DNA from: a virus
Lineage: Duplodnaviria > Heunggongvirae > Uroviricota > Caudoviricetes
Strand: one strand, 5' to 3'
Virus record (IMG/VR): IMGVR_UViG_3300017650_000009
Length of the DNA: 36,492 nt
The notes under the pieces are model-generated. The model saw nothing but the letters and a program-made list of their open reading frames with translations, made no database searches and was not told where the DNA came from. Each line of letters opens with the position of its first letter. The first letter of the stretch is position 1. This document shows, one piece after another, positions 1 through 12,169 of the stretch. The position numbers were made by a program, and so were the translations under genes.

Positions 1-1693
<1,693 letters not shown>

Positions 1694-1694
<1 letters not shown>

Positions 1695-3559
1695 TATTGT
1701 GCACCCATTAGTTTAGCAACGGACATTGTTGGAATACGAACACCCGAAAGTATTTGTGTAAATTGCCCGTCTGTGAAACGATGTAAAACTTTATATGTAG
1801 CATAGAATCCCGAATAGGTATCCGTTAGATTCAAAATTGGCTTTCCTTCATCATCAAAGCCCTGCGGCAACATGAACTTCAATAAAAACATATGATCACC
1901 ATTGGAGAAGTTTGGTTTTTCATCTGTACTCGGAGATATAATTGGTTCTGCATTTGTACGGCCAAGCCAGTATGGGTCACCACGAATTGTCAATTCTACA
2001 CTTTGTAGGTTTCCATCAAATGTCCCGTATAGCTGATTCAAAATTGTGCCGTAGATACTGCGTGTTCGTAAGTTAGAAGCTTCGATGGATTGGTTCACTT
2101 GTTGTCGTGAATCATTACCATCCTGTACGAAACTCATCGGGTAGAAAACCACCTCAGAGCTCAAATCCTCTGCAAGCACGGCTCTATTTTGTGGGCCCTG
2201 AATCTGACCAACTACTTCTTGACCCGGAGTATTAGATAACCAGTTCGTGTTGTTTGTCTGCTGTAAGTAATTATCAGGATCAAACTGTCTACCCGGAGAA
2301 GAGTTTTCCGTACTCAAATACCCCTTATACAATGAACTTGCAACGTTAAATACGAAATTCAAATTAATATTGAAATCCAATATCTCTGTATTATCACCCG
2401 TATAAAGATAGTTGTATTCTTTCTTCAAATAATTATTGGCAAGTGCAAAGTTAAGCTTTTTACGTCCATTCTCAAATGCTTGATTTTGACCACTCGGACT
2501 GTTCACAGCGCGAACAGTATCATGTGGTACTACCCAGAATGTAAGCTTACGGATATATTCTTGAGAGATTAAATCATAATCAGTGTTTTCAATTTCACAT
2601 TCAATCCTATGCATTGTTGAGAATTCTTTTGTTTCAGAGTTATTCTCAACTGGGGAATCACTTGGATTGATAAGTGCGGTTGCTGTCTCACTGGCGCTCA
2701 AAATATAATCAACAATACGACCGATATCATTACCACGAGCAGCCTGCATCTTACCTTGATTTCGTGAAGAATCCAAATGCTTTGTATCGCGCATGATTTT
2801 ATGATCGAACGGACGAGCTACCGGAGATCCCGAACTATTTTGATATGGAACATCTTTGAATTCGATTTCAATCGGAGCTTTACCACCGTTATTGACGTTA
2901 TATCGCTTTTTGATATTCTCGTTGATTTGTTTTGCAAGTTCCTGCATCACATCACCGACTTTACCCTCTTTCTTGGTAACATCGATATTCATAGGAACAT
3001 CAAGCAAGCTGAACTGGTTAAATGTTCCGAGATCATCATAGCCAACTGCTTCAATAATATGTCGACCACCTGTTGCATCCAAATCAGTTTTCAAACTAGT
3101 AACAAGAAGTTTCCACACCCAAGTTGTACCGGTGGGACGAGCAGGTGCACCATTCTCATCATATCCCATGAAATCCACACTTAGTAAATACGGACATTTC
3201 ATAAAATTATGAACACCTAAGTATTTTGCTGACAAGATTAGTTTATCGGGAAATGACATACCTGCGGGTTCAGAAATTGTAATCGTAAATTTATTCGAAC
3301 CCATGTTCTTTGTTTGAAAATTTGGAGCAACAATGGATTCAATTTGGATATCAACAATATTGAAACCAGTAAGACCAGTCTCAGCAATAATAACATTACC
3401 TACGGTTGTATTACCCAAATCAGGACCCATCGAAAGTTTCCAATGATAACTTGGTTGCTCAACATTGCCCATGGGATTAGGGATGGCTTGGATCTGGCTA
3501 ACAACTTTCTGTTGTGTGTCGCCAGTTAGAATTTCATTTGGGGAGAATTCCATTGCCAT
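1694..3559 (-). CDS. baseplate hub/tail protein (gp27 or late-control-D-like)
   Basis: 621 aa, coupled between the gp53-like and gp5-like genes; C-terminal ELTIRGDPYWLG...SGFY...V.H.F..GQFTQ.L motif typical of hub proteins. Confidence 0.6.
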
Positions 3560-3870
3560 TATTTCACCGCTTTAATATTACTAACTACACGATCTTTTGT
3601 TGGGACACGAAGACGAATGCCTGCTTTGAAATCATAAATTGGATCACGAATAATATTCATGTTCATAGTTTGGAATACCCACCAGTAATCCTTTGAACCA
3701 TATAACTCATAGGCCAGGTTATAAGGGCGGAATTCATCCTTTGGACTAATCACAATATATTTGTCGGAAGGATCCTCAAGTATTTCTCGATAGGTTAGAT
3801 TATCTAGATACCAACTTGTTTGATCAGTTGCTACATAAGGAGAACCACTTGCATATTTTACTTTTGCCAT
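3559..3870 (-). CDS. gp53-like baseplate wedge protein (LysM-like)
   Basis: RPYNLAYELYGSKDYWWVF...N...DPIYDFKAG..L.VP; start moved to ATG 3870 (TAATG overlap). Confidence 0.85.
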   Translation of the reverse strand: MAKVKYASGSPYVATDQTSWYLDNLTYREILEDPSDKYIVISPKDEFRPYNLAYELYGSKDYWWVFQTMNMNIIRDPIYDFKAGIRLRVPTKDRVVSNIKAVK

Positions 3871-5339
3871 TATAGCCATCCCTTTTTCTGCATAAGCTCC
3901 CCACTAGCAAAACTATCCCAGTTGAATTCTCTTGCTTTCTTTGGTGTTTGTTGCACAGTTAGATTAACACTAATTGTTGTAACGGCTGGTAGTTTACTTT
4001 CACCATTACCTGCTTGGACACTAACATAGTCCACATTATTGTTTAGTTCCATATCATAATCTTTAATGATCACGCTAAGTCCATTAAACATGTAAGGACC
4101 ATAACCATCTAGTAGAACCTGAGGTGGTGGAAGACCTCTATTAGCATCATCAGAACCAAAATGCATTTTCGTACATACTCGCAGGAAGTGCAAAGCTGCA
4201 AGCATATAACGAGCCTCTACTTCATTCTGTGCTGTAAACAATCCCTGAATTGTTAGATCAATACTTGGTGTATTTTGGTAAATGTGCCAATCCTGGTTTG
4301 CATGAACCGTTGATAGCGTATTATAGTTGGTTGAACCACGCATTGTAATTTGTGGTGTATATGGGAATACTAATCCGCCTGCTTCTTTTAGCGGTTCGAG
4401 GATGCCATTAAACATAGCGCTTTGTTGTGAAGGTTTCGGTCGTAATTTGACTCGTTGATCCGCACCATCACTGACTTTAGTTACGCCTACTGATGTATCA
4501 TAAACAGTTGAACCAGAGTATTGTGTAGTACCATAACCAGTTGCGCGAGTTGCATCACCTAGACCATTACGTGTAATCGATCCAAAATCTGGATTTAAAG
4601 TATTTCTAATAACATCAAGCACGCCGTCAAGACCCGCATTTAGATCTGTATTGATTGTATTAACTTGTCCACCAAAACTAACATAAGAACGAGTTCCTCC
4701 GCTATACAAACTCAAGCTGTTTGGTGTATTATCGTATATTTCCGCAATTTTACTATCTAGTTCCTTAAGAAGACTTTGATAGTATAGTTCGGCATCAAAT
4801 GCTGCTTCTTCTGCTTGGCGGATTTCTACGGGTGTTGATTGTGGATTTAAACGCAAAGCAATAGCTTCACGTGCCCGAGCATCACGCTGTCGTTCAGCAT
4901 TTGTTATCATAATTTCATAATCTAGAAATGCAGTATCAGCTAGTGAATCGGCTTCTCTACGTGCGATCTCCATCTGATATTGATACTCACTCACATAAGC
5001 ATCTGCCGCAGCAATAGCGGCTATCATAGCGTCTTTTTGTTCTTCGCTGGCTGTTGGATTTTCACCAATGAAATTTCGATAGTCATCACGACGTGCCTGT
5101 GCGACAATCATTGCCTCATCTAGGTTACGTGGATCGGTTTCATTTTGGACGGGAGCATCTATTTCGGGAGCCTGAGCTGCATCATAAGCATAATCCAGGG
5201 CAACTTGTCGATCTGAGAATCCCGAAATTAAAGGGCCATTCACATATTGGACGCCCCACTCAGACTCACTTAGCTGAACGATATCATAATTTTTGTTATC
5301 CTGAGCCATCCTCTTGTAATGCCTTTCTGACGCACTCAT
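3870..5339 (-). CDS. baseplate tail-tube cap/initiator (gp48/gp54-like) with N-terminal helical extension
   Basis: C-terminal half has VFPYTPQI...LHFLR..TKM.FG...G.PPP...L.GYG.YMF; start may be 5309. Confidence 0.65.
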   Translation of the reverse strand: MSASERHYKRMAQDNKNYDIVQLSESEWGVQYVNGPLISGFSDRQVALDYAYDAAQAPEIDAPVQNETDPRNLDEAMIVAQARRDDYRNFIGENPTASEEQKDAMIAAIAAADAYVSEYQYQMEIARREADSLADTAFLDYEIMITNAERQRDARAREAIALRLNPQSTPVEIRQAEEAAFDAELYYQSLLKELDSKIAEIYDNTPNSLSLYSGGTRSYVSFGGQVNTINTDLNAGLDGVLDVIRNTLNPDFGSITRNGLGDATRATGYGTTQYSGSTVYDTSVGVTKVSDGADQRVKLRPKPSQQSAMFNGILEPLKEAGGLVFPYTPQITMRGSTNYNTLSTVHANQDWHIYQNTPSIDLTIQGLFTAQNEVEARYMLAALHFLRVCTKMHFGSDDANRGLPPPQVLLDGYGPYMFNGLSVIIKDYDMELNNNVDYVSVQAGNGESKLPAVTTISVNLTVQQTPKKAREFNWDSFASGELMQKKGWL

Positions 5340-5838
5340 ACACTTGGATGAGTGATTCTCGGTTAACGTCTTCGGGCATCATATTAAGGAACTCATTTAG
5401 ATCTGCTTTTGCTGCGGCAGCACGTGCCTTGGTTGCACTTACACCTGCTGCTTTACCTGCTATGCGATCCAGCTCTACTATTCGAGAATTATCAAATCCC
5501 GAATAAGCCAGTAGTTGCTTATAACGTGGTACCCGATCAGTTCCTGCTACCCATATTTTTGGTCGTTTGCCTTGTACTTGAAGGACTTCCATCACTTCAT
5601 ATGCAGAACTAGCGACATCAAAATGGATATCAGGAAACCAACTTTTGAGGATTTCCACACGTTGTTTTGCACTCAATGGGTTCTTTTGCTTATCTTTGGA
5701 TGTCTGTTCACCTTCGATGACAAACACCTCAGCTCGAACACCCAAAACATTTGCTTGAGATTTGAGAGCCTTCAGACTCTCAAAATGTCCGAGTGTAGGA
5801 GGATTATAACGACCCAAACTGAGTGCAACATCATACAT
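5296..5838 (-). CDS. cytidylyltransferase-like (HIGH-superfamily) nucleotidyltransferase
   Basis: GRYNPPTLGH, KNPLS...R, AGTDR and VSATKAR motifs. Confidence 0.85.
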   Translation of the reverse strand: MYDVALSLGRYNPPTLGHFESLKALKSQANVLGVRAEVFVIEGEQTSKDKQKNPLSAKQRVEILKSWFPDIHFDVASSAYEVMEVLQVQGKRPKIWVAGTDRVPRYKQLLAYSGFDNSRIVELDRIAGKAAGVSATKARAAAAKADLNEFLNMMPEDVNRESLIQVYECVRKALQEDGSG

Positions 5839-5856
5839 GGTCTTTTACCTCTACCA

Positions 5857-5864
5857 TATTTATG
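5857..5864 (-). promoter_or_regulatory. late promoter (CATAAATA) for the baseplate operon
   Basis: TAAATA core about 20 nt upstream of ATG 5838; T4 gp55 consensus is TATAAATA. Confidence 0.7.
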
Positions 5865-5899
5865 ATTATCATAAACAACTACTTTAAATCACACCAAAA

Positions 5900-5926
5900 T
5901 TGACATTTGGACTCGTATCGTATAAC
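5900..5926 (+). promoter_or_regulatory. sigma70-type promoter for the gp55 operon
   Basis: TTGACA-N15-TATAAC in the divergent intergenic gap; the spacer is short. Confidence 0.5.
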
Positions 5927-6008
5927 GTGGAAGCTATAACTAAATCAAGTCAAAAATGTGCGAAAACGCATAATTTGCTCTATAAAAAGAATAATAAAAA
6001 GGGGCACA

Positions 6009-6854
6009 ATGGCCAAGGTCAATTTTCTTTCCAATAAGGAACTCTTGCATGAGATTCATCTTAGCAAGAAATCTTATTGCTATTTCGTAGACGATGCGTT
6101 CGCTGCTTACGACGTGATCGTGCGTGACATTACTGAAGTCACCGAAGAACTCATTAACGAGGCCCGTGCAAAACGTGCGGCCAATCAAGTTCAACAAGCC
6201 AAGTTAGTTCTTAAAAATCAAGGTCTTAAGGCTCATCAGATTAAAGTTGATGCTGTGGAACTTACTGAGATTCCAGTTGATTCCATCATAATACGTTTGA
6301 TGACTGATAAACATATTCCGTTACTCCCAGAAGAAGACCTAAAGCCATCACAAAAACTTGAGGATGAATGCCGTTTGAAGGTAAACTTCCCACCGTTCAA
6401 GCATTTCAAGCTCACATATGATGGTGACAACCACGCTGAATCCGTTGATACGACAAAGCTTTCATTCGTAGAAGTTGGTCGTTCACATTGGAAGGGTGGT
6501 TTTGATAACGGTTCTTTCTGCATGGATCACGGTAATATTACGGACCGTCTTGCTCGTATGTATATGAAGCTTGTGGATCGTTATTCTCAAAAGCCAAACT
6601 GGCGTGGATATTCTTACCTTGAGGAAATGAAGAGTCAGTCATTGCTTCAGCTGATCCAAGTCGGCTTGAAGTTTGATGAATCGCGCAGTCAGAATCCATT
6701 TGCCTATTACACTACAACGATGACAAACTCATTCACCGGTGTATTCCATAAGGAAAAGCGCAACCAAAACATTCGAGATGATATCCTCATCATGCAGGGC
6801 CATAACCCATCGAATACTCGTATGGTTGAACATGAACTAGCGGAAAAGAAATAA
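6009..6854 (+). CDS. gp55: late-transcription sigma factor (gp55-like)
   Basis: NFLSNKELL.EI..SK, RYSQKPNWRGYSYLEEM, KFDESRSQNPFAYYT motifs; ATG 6009 follows an AAGGGG RBS. Confidence 0.9.
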   Translation: MAKVNFLSNKELLHEIHLSKKSYCYFVDDAFAAYDVIVRDITEVTEELINEARAKRAANQVQQAKLVLKNQGLKAHQIKVDAVELTEIPVDSIIIRLMTDKHIPLLPEEDLKPSQKLEDECRLKVNFPPFKHFKLTYDGDNHAESVDTTKLSFVEVGRSHWKGGFDNGSFCMDHGNITDRLARMYMKLVDRYSQKPNWRGYSYLEEMKSQSLLQLIQVGLKFDESRSQNPFAYYTTTMTNSFTGVFHKEKRNQNIRDDILIMQGHNPSNTRMVEHELAEKK

Positions 6855-6868
6855 GAAAAGGAAAAGCA

Positions 6869-7753
6869 ATGAGCTTTGCTGCTTATATAACAAGCTTTCT
6901 TCCTACCGATAATCCAGAACTGCGGGACTCACGTTCCGCAGTTACCAAACGACAAATCCTTTGGTGGCTCAACAATACTGATATTCACGTTACTGTTGTG
7001 GCAATGAATTACACGGATGAAGACTTCATTACTGATTTACCAGATGATGCAAGATCACGTCTTTATTATCATATCAATCCGCCAATGAAAATCACACCTG
7101 CCCGTGTTGAGAGCTTCAAGCTGTTCTATGCGAGTGATTATGATTTCGGTATCATCATGGACGATGATGCAATTCTATATGATAAACCACATCACAATTC
7201 GGGGCCAAAGCTATTTTCGGAAATGATTTCCAATGGAATATCACGATATGATGGTGTTGATGTATTCTTTCCGATCAATCCTCAAAAAATTGGGTTCAAT
7301 CCGATTTGGGACAAAGATCCTCAGAAATACACAAATAACCACGTATTCAAGCGAAGTATGGATCTCAAGGGGTCAATGTGTGTGGTTCGCAACTTCCGTA
7401 AATTTGGTATGAAAGAAGTATGGCACGATACTAATTTTACTTGGCAGGAAGATACTAAATTTGCTATCGATTGTGTTGCTGCGGGTCATACGGTGCTTCA
7501 GTGTCAGAATATAATTCTTCATGAACTATCGGGTAAAGCAAGCCATTTCTCGGCTGACCCAACATCGAGATTACCAAAGATGCTCGAGGGTAATACTCGA
7601 ATAGCCGAGGCTTATGCCAGTATGGGTCTAAAGATGAAAACTGACTCTCATCTATTGGATCGTGGCGAGTTTATGGATCGTTGCTGGTTCAAGCCAAAGG
7701 AATTTGTAATTCCTAAGGGTGAATCCATGTTCTACGATATATTTGATATTTGA
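6869..7753 (+). CDS. GT-A fold glycosyltransferase, probably DNA-base modifying
   Basis: IIMDDD (DxD) and EDTKFAIDCVAAG motifs; lies between gp55 and gp47. Confidence 0.65.
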   Translation: MSFAAYITSFLPTDNPELRDSRSAVTKRQILWWLNNTDIHVTVVAMNYTDEDFITDLPDDARSRLYYHINPPMKITPARVESFKLFYASDYDFGIIMDDDAILYDKPHHNSGPKLFSEMISNGISRYDGVDVFFPINPQKIGFNPIWDKDPQKYTNNHVFKRSMDLKGSMCVVRNFRKFGMKEVWHDTNFTWQEDTKFAIDCVAAGHTVLQCQNIILHELSGKASHFSADPTSRLPKMLEGNTRIAEAYASMGLKMKTDSHLLDRGEFMDRCWFKPKEFVIPKGESMFYDIFDI

Positions 7754-7801
7754 CATTTAGGCTACTAAGCTCGCATACTAGGGCAAATTAAGGAAAAATT
7801 A

Positions 7802-8833
7802 ATGGCTACAAATCTTTTTAAGCGAGCTGCGATATTCGGCGATATTCATTTTGGTAAAAAGAATAATGATCGTCAGTTTAATACGGATTGCGAAGAATAC
7901 ATCAAGTGGTTCATCAAGCAGGCCAAGGATTTTAACGTTGATACTGTTATTTTCCTTGGCGACTGGCATGATAATCGCCATAGTATTCATGTGAGTACTT
8001 TGAATTACTCGATGAGTAATTTGGAACGACTAAACGAATCATTTGATAATCTTTATTTCATCTCAGGCAATCATGATCTCTATTATAAAGAGAAGCGAGA
8101 GCTATCGAGTGTTGCTATTGGTCGTACACTTGATAATATCACGATGATCAACGATTTCCTTCATATTGGTAATGTGACGTTCTGTCCTTGGCTCGTCGGT
8201 GATGAATGGAAAAAGATTCCTACTCTTGCAGCCAAGTCATCATATGTTTTCGGACATTTCGAGCTACCAAACTTCATGATGAATGCAATGGTCGAAATGC
8301 CAGACCATGGAGGTCTTAATTCCTCTCATTTCAAAGATGTTGAATTTATGGCTTTCTCCGGACATTTCCATAAGCGTCAAGTGAAGGACAAAGTCTGTTA
8401 TGTTGGTTCTCCGTTCCCCCATACTTTTGCGGATGCATGGGATGATGAACGTGGTATGGTTCTACTAGAGTGGGGGCAAACTCCGAAGTTCGTTAACTGG
8501 CCTGATGGTCCTCGCTATCGCACGATGACACTTTCGGATCTACTTGAGGATCCGTTAACCCAAATCACATCAAAGACTTTTGCTAAGATCCAGTCGGATT
8601 TGGATATCTCTTATGAGGAAGTTCAATTCATCAAAGAGACATTTACGAGTCATTTTAGTCCTCGCAAGTTGGATATCATTCCAATGACGAAAAAGGGCGA
8701 TGATCAGGAATTCGCTGATAGCGATATTAAATTCCAAAGTGTCGATCAAATTGTAATCGAGGGTCTCAAGAATATCGATTCGCTCACGATGGACAAAAAT
8801 ACGTTGATTGAAATATATCGGAGTCTTCAGTGA
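7802..8833 (+). CDS. gp47: recombination nuclease subunit (Mre11/SbcD-like)
   Basis: GDIHFG, FLGDWHD, GNHD, GHFE and SGHFH metallophosphoesterase motifs. Confidence 0.95.
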   Translation: MATNLFKRAAIFGDIHFGKKNNDRQFNTDCEEYIKWFIKQAKDFNVDTVIFLGDWHDNRHSIHVSTLNYSMSNLERLNESFDNLYFISGNHDLYYKEKRELSSVAIGRTLDNITMINDFLHIGNVTFCPWLVGDEWKKIPTLAAKSSYVFGHFELPNFMMNAMVEMPDHGGLNSSHFKDVEFMAFSGHFHKRQVKDKVCYVGSPFPHTFADAWDDERGMVLLEWGQTPKFVNWPDGPRYRTMTLSDLLEDPLTQITSKTFAKIQSDLDISYEEVQFIKETFTSHFSPRKLDIIPMTKKGDDQEFADSDIKFQSVDQIVIEGLKNIDSLTMDKNTLIEIYRSLQ

Positions 8834-9018
8834 GGACTGTCAACGATGTAAATGGATTTTATGAGTATATGTGTCGTTTTGTACCATATGTTCGTATCGC
8901 AGCAAATCTACATAAAAAGGACTCAGTCATTCTGAGTCCTTTTGCTATCGACTATACTTTCCGGAAGAATCCAAAATACATGATCTTTTCGACAATGAAG
9001 GTCATATACGGGAAATGA
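8830..9018 (+). CDS. hypothetical protein
   Basis: GTGA overlap with gp47, GGAG RBS, fills the gap. Confidence 0.6.
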   Translation: MRTVNDVNGFYEYMCRFVPYVRIAANLHKKDSVILSPFAIDYTFRKNPKYMIFSTMKVIYGK

Positions 9019-9299
9019 TTAATGGTAGAATTTTTATAACAAATATGGAAATATTTTCAATAGGACGTAAACTGGAAGAACAGCTTACCTCTGTTATGGG
9101 TAACTTGAAAGAGTTTATAGAAGCACAAGCAGATACTGTTATCGTTCCACGTAAAATCGATGCGTTAGTTTTTGTGGCGTCAAATGTTGACATTGAACCA
9201 GTTCTTGTTAAATTGTCTCTTGGTATGAATATTGAACGACTTGTTAATATCTCAAGTCAAGGATTTTTGGAACAACCAAGGAAAACAAGATTTGTCTGA
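9015..9299 (+). CDS. hypothetical protein (paralogue family)
   Basis: Start overlaps the upstream stop (ATGA); C-terminal PVLVKLSLGMNIERL is shared with the next gene. Confidence 0.7.
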   Translation: MINGRIFITNMEIFSIGRKLEEQLTSVMGNLKEFIEAQADTVIVPRKIDALVFVASNVDIEPVLVKLSLGMNIERLVNISSQGFLEQPRKTRFV

Positions 9300-9735
9300 T
9301 ATCGAGTTCATTGAGGATTCTATCCAACATAATATCATTGCACATTTGGATGAGTATCTTAGTGTAATAGACAAAGTTAATATGAGTATGAGTCAGGTCA
9401 AGATACTCACACATACTTACGTGTTTTATCAGCCAGCGAACATGCAGAGATTCAAAGAGTTATCCTATGTTGTGGATGACTACGATCTTATATATTACCA
9501 CGATGGTCAAGATCTAGTAGACGAAGCTCGTCGCATTAAAGCCATTGTAGACCAACTTAGTCACGCGCATTGTGAGAAAGCCGGGATAATCGGTCTTACC
9601 ACAAATATATATTCTTGTTCCGTAATGTTCTCGACTGAAATGTTTTTCGATCCGCTTTTGTTCAAGCTCGAACATGGTATGAATGTTGAATATCTCCCGA
9701 ATATCAACATCTATGATGAACTATGCGTAGGTTAA
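9232..9735 (+). CDS. hypothetical protein (paralogue family); start possibly TTG 9292
   Basis: C-terminal PLLFKLEHGMNVEYL; AAGGA precedes TTG 9292. Confidence 0.7.
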   Translation: MNDLLISQVKDFWNNQGKQDLSDIEFIEDSIQHNIIAHLDEYLSVIDKVNMSMSQVKILTHTYVFYQPANMQRFKELSYVVDDYDLIYYHDGQDLVDEARRIKAIVDQLSHAHCEKAGIIGLTTNIYSCSVMFSTEMFFDPLLFKLEHGMNVEYLPNINIYDELCVG

Positions 9736-9805
9736 CATAATATTGATTTCCATGAGTTTTCCAGTTACAGTGGGATAAAAATAATAAGAAACTGGATTCA
9801 ACCTG

Positions 9806-11587
9806 ATGATAACCATCAACAATGTTACTATGAAGAATTTTATGAGTGTTGGCCAAAACACTCAGGCAATTGTTTTGAATGACAATGCTTTGACTCTTGT
9901 GCTTGGTGAAAATATTGACCAAGGCTCAAGTGGTTCACGTAACGGCGTTGGTAAAACCACAATGGTTCAAGCAATTTGTTTTGCACTATTTGGATTACCA
10001 CTAACAAATATCAAGCGCGACAATCTAGTCAATAAGATTAACCAAAAAGGTATGGCCGTAACACTCGACTATACTGTGGATGGTAAAAATTATCGTATTG
10101 AACGTGGTCGTAAGCCAAACTTCCTCAAATATTATGTAAATGATGATCTAGTGAATGCACCGGATTCCGATGAAGCACATGGTGAATCCAAGATCACACA
10201 GAAGGAAATTGAACGAGTCGTAGGCATGTCCTTGGGTTTGTTCAAACACATTGTTGCACTTCATACAAAAACTGTACCATTCTTAAGTTTAGGTGCGGGT
10301 GCGCAACGTGAAATTATTGAGGAACTCATCAGCATTACTCAGCTTTCATCAAAAGCTGAATCGCTAAAGAATATGATTAAAGAGATTCGTAATGAAATTC
10401 AAAATGAAGAAGTACGAATCAAAACAGTAATTGAGGGAAATGAGCGAGTTCAAAAAGCCATTGATGATTTGAATTTCCGAAGCAACCTTTGGGAACGCGA
10501 ACATAACAAAAAGCTCGAATCACTTGCAGTAGCGCTAGTTAAGCTAGAAGAGATTGATATTGAGAAAGAAATCGAATCACATCGTATAGCTGCAAAGTGG
10601 GATGAAGCAAGCGCAGAGCTTGCGGTACTCGATCGTGAATCACAGAGGCTCGCTAAGTCATTGCGTTCATATACCAGTGCTAGAGATCAGAAACTAAGTC
10701 AACTAACATCAGCACAAGCACATTCTTGCCCAACTTGTGGACAAGACGTACATGATGAAAAACATGCTCATATTGTTGGTGCCATCGAAGCCGAAATCGC
10801 TGAGATACAAAAGGAAATCGATCTCGTAGTGCCAGAGCAAGAACGTATCGAGGCCGCGCTCCTTGATACTGCTGGACGTCTTGCTGAGTTAGGTGACCGT
10901 CCAACCCTAGCATATAGAAATCTCGAGCAAGCATTTGAACATCGGAATAGCTTAGATAAGCTACGTTCGGATCTGGAACGTGAATCACTTGTGGATAACC
11001 CATATGTGGATCAAGTTGCAAATCTAAGTATGAGTGGTTTGCAGGAAATTTCCTATAACTACATCAACGAACTTGCAAAGATGAAAGAGCATCAGGATTT
11101 TCTCCTAAAGCTATTAACATCAAAAGATAGCTTCATTCGTAAGAAAATCATTGATCAAAATCTGTCTTACTTGAATTTCCGCTTGGGCCATTACTTGAGT
11201 AAACTTCAGTTGCCACATGACGTGGAATTCAAAAGCGATTTGAGTGTTGAAATTACTCAGCTTGGTAAAGACTTTGATTTTGAACAACTTTCCAATGGTG
11301 AGCAGAATCGTCTAATACTTTCATTGGCTTGGTCATTCCGTGACGTTTGGGAAAGTATGAATCACAAGATGAATCTGTTGATCATCGATGAACTTGTTGA
11401 TTCTGGTATGGATGGATCAGGTACGGATTCGGCTCTTGAGATTCTTAAGGAAATGACCAGAACTAACAACAAGAATATTTTCTTGATCTCACACAAAGAC
11501 GGACTAGAGACACGAGTTGATCGTGTTGCAATGGTTCAAAAGGAAAACAATTTCACAACATATGTGAGTTTTACCGAAGATATGTAG
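9806..11587 (+). CDS. gp46: recombination ATPase subunit (Rad50/SbcC-like)
   Basis: Walker A NGVGKTT, coiled coils, CPTC zinc hook, LSNGEQ signature, LLIIDE Walker B, ISH motif. Confidence 0.95.
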   Translation: MITINNVTMKNFMSVGQNTQAIVLNDNALTLVLGENIDQGSSGSRNGVGKTTMVQAICFALFGLPLTNIKRDNLVNKINQKGMAVTLDYTVDGKNYRIERGRKPNFLKYYVNDDLVNAPDSDEAHGESKITQKEIERVVGMSLGLFKHIVALHTKTVPFLSLGAGAQREIIEELISITQLSSKAESLKNMIKEIRNEIQNEEVRIKTVIEGNERVQKAIDDLNFRSNLWEREHNKKLESLAVALVKLEEIDIEKEIESHRIAAKWDEASAELAVLDRESQRLAKSLRSYTSARDQKLSQLTSAQAHSCPTCGQDVHDEKHAHIVGAIEAEIAEIQKEIDLVVPEQERIEAALLDTAGRLAELGDRPTLAYRNLEQAFEHRNSLDKLRSDLERESLVDNPYVDQVANLSMSGLQEISYNYINELAKMKEHQDFLLKLLTSKDSFIRKKIIDQNLSYLNFRLGHYLSKLQLPHDVEFKSDLSVEITQLGKDFDFEQLSNGEQNRLILSLAWSFRDVWESMNHKMNLLIIDELVDSGMDGSGTDSALEILKEMTRTNNKNIFLISHKDGLETRVDRVAMVQKENNFTTYVSFTEDM

Positions 11588-11589
11588 GA

Positions 11590-11624
11590 TTGACAAAGCC
11601 CATATAACGCACTATATGGGCTTT
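11590..11624 (+). promoter_or_regulatory. sigma70-type promoter overlapped by a 12-bp inverted repeat
   Basis: TTGAC-N17-CTATAT; AAAGCCCATATA-acgcac-TATATGGGCTTT; may also act as the gp46 terminator. Confidence 0.7.
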
Positions 11625-11646
11625 ATCGTAATTGAAAGAGAGGCTC

Positions 11647-12126
11647 ATGTCACAGCTCGAAATTAGACCCGTTAACAAGTACGCGACCCGATGGAACCCC
11701 GATACTATCTTCACTGGGTTTAAAGTTCGTGCCGTGCTCATCAAGTCGAATGATTTGATCACAAACATCCAGGAAATGCATCAGCTACGCCGTCGCCTTA
11801 AGCGCGAAATGGGTGTTGAAGGTGAAGACTGGGTACTGGAAGAAAATCCACATACCGAAGAGAATGAACTCTACTTGCAGAACACTGGCAAGCTGGTCAT
11901 GTGGAAACTCCAAGATAACGCAAAGTTCGTAGAATTGTTTGCGTTTGTCGAACAGCATACGGATGATCAGTCCGTAATCGACCAGTGGGAGAAGGATCAG
12001 CGTGAGGCCGAGCAAGCTCGTCGTGAGGCTGAAATTAAGGCTCGCGAAGAAGCAATCAAAGCTGCAATTGAAGCTCGCCGCCCACCAGATGAAATGCCAC
12101 CGGATTTTGATCCAAACAACCCATAA
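11647..12126 (+). CDS. hypothetical protein with charged C-terminal helix
   Basis: ATG 11647 after a GAGAGG RBS; followed by a terminator. Confidence 0.8.
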   Translation: MSQLEIRPVNKYATRWNPDTIFTGFKVRAVLIKSNDLITNIQEMHQLRRRLKREMGVEGEDWVLEENPHTEENELYLQNTGKLVMWKLQDNAKFVELFAFVEQHTDDQSVIDQWEKDQREAEQARREAEIKAREEAIKAAIEARRPPDEMPPDFDPNNP

Positions 12127-12129
12127 TGT

Positions 12130-12156
12130 AAAGCACGGCTCCGGCCGTGCTTTTTT
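12130..12156 (+). terminator. intrinsic terminator
   Basis: AAAGCACGGC-TCCG-GCCGTGCTTT followed by a T run. Confidence 0.85.
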
Positions 12157-12169
12157 AAAGGCTATTCAA

